A stretch of 64,000 bases of DNA, from contig WBUG01000005.1 in NCBI GenBank assembly GCA_008933835.1, forward strand, positions 18,876 to 82,875, given 5' to 3'. This stretch comes from Bacteroidota bacterium (lineage in GTDB: Bacteria > Bacteroidota > Ignavibacteria > UBA10030 > UBA8401). Positions 63,844 through 64,000 of this stretch are shown piece after piece. A program made the translations under genes and the position numbers. Under the pieces are notes generated by a model that saw only the letters and a program-made list of their open reading frames with translations, ran no database searches and was not told the origin of the DNA. Each line of letters starts with the position of its first letter. The first letter of the stretch is position 1.

Positions 63844-64000
63844 TTACCGTGTCACGAGGATGATCAATGTGGTCACCGTTCCCACGATACCGAACACTTG
63901 ACTGTACACTGCAAGATAGTATCCGAAGGACCGGTACGGCTCCTTCGGCACGAAGAGGTAGTCCCCCTCCTCCAGCGTCGTTTCGTCCGGCGTCAGCCAC
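63844..64000 (-). CDS. C-terminal fragment of a polysaccharide export protein (Wza-like), truncated by the window edge
   Basis: Not in the ORF track. Frame 63999 downwards reads WLTPDETTLEEGDYLFVPKEPYRSFGYYLAVYSQVFGIVGTVTTLIILVTR then stop (TAA 63844-63846). It has the L..GD.I.VP motif plus a terminal hydrophobic helix, directly upstream of wzz. Confidence 0.55.
   Translation of the reverse strand, partial: WLTPDETTLEEGDYLFVPKEPYRSFGYYLAVYSQVFGIVGTVTTLIILVTR

Noticed and set aside
63803-64000. 65-aa ORF from the track at the window edge (MADAGRNDAGGGG...).
   Set aside because: The neighbouring frame encodes a convincing Wza-like C-terminus ending in a hydrophobic helix and a TAA at 63844-63846. 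The listed frame is Gly/Arg-rich with no features.
1-64000. CRISPR arrays, IS elements or transposases, prophage genes, toxin-antitoxin pairs, restriction-modification or other recognisable defence systems.
   Set aside because: I found no regularly spaced direct repeats. No ORF carries transposase, integrase, nuclease-helicase, methyltransferase (other than prmA) or reverse-transcriptase motifs. RadC is the only gene sometimes linked to mobile or defence contexts, and here it is embedded in a housekeeping operon.

Overview
64-kb high-G+C bacterial chromosome segment. I infer an FCB-superphylum organism (Ignavibacteriota, Kapabacteria or Rhodothermota-like). The grounds are a T9SS C-terminal sorting domain, Gln at +1 of four signal peptides next to a glutaminyl-cyclase-like gene, TTTG-N19-TAnnTTTG-type promoter candidates, and a pyruvoyl arginine decarboxylase. 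All calls rest on reading the ORF track and the DNA by eye: no homology search, HMM, folding or GC computation was run. I call 54 CDS, two of them missing from the ORF track because they are under 60 codons. I also call two cobalamin riboswitches, several intrinsic terminators and a few weak promoter candidates. I saw no rRNA, tRNA, CRISPR, IS, integrase or recognisable defence genes. Most long ORFs in the track are antisense or alternate-frame artefacts of the high G+C, and several real genes needed their N-termini trimmed. Layout: (1) 0-14.6 kb, minus-strand housekeeping: aroB-aroK, ppiD, then a tightly overlapped guaA / ABC ATPase / AbgT / permease / TPR-PBP / radC / mce / uvrC string. (2) 14.7-17.1 kb: smpB, tyrS, pdaD. 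(3) 17.2-19.1 kb: a visibly AT-richer single-gene cassette (beta-propeller protein) bracketed by related palindromic repeats. (4) 19.2-24.6 kb: a 1198-aa S8 protease T9SS cargo, a lytic transglycosylase and terC. (5) 24.6-29.7 kb: QC-like lipoprotein, unknown 4-TM protein, prmA, ppx/gppA, a lipoprotein and a cysteine desulfurase. (6) 29.8-31.5 kb: ECF sigma, anti-sigma and LTXXQ protein. (7) 31.5-42.2 kb: an unusual sugar operon (pgi, GH38, permease, FAD oxidoreductase, nanE, FAD oxidoreductase, Wzi-like barrel). (8) 42.3-46.4 kb: two cobalamin-riboswitch units in series, one with btuB plus a beta-propeller lipoprotein and one with an orphan 172-aa membrane protein. (9) 46.4-50.3 kb: flippase, nadC, Trm112-like ORF, thioesterase, accA. 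(10) 50.3-64 kb: a Wzx/Wzy-type polysaccharide locus. Most interesting to me are the riboswitch-gated orphan membrane protein, the repeat-bracketed low-G+C cassette, the nanE gene flanked by paired FAD oxidoreductases, and a GT2 fused to a gutted phosphoglycosyl-transferase scaffold.
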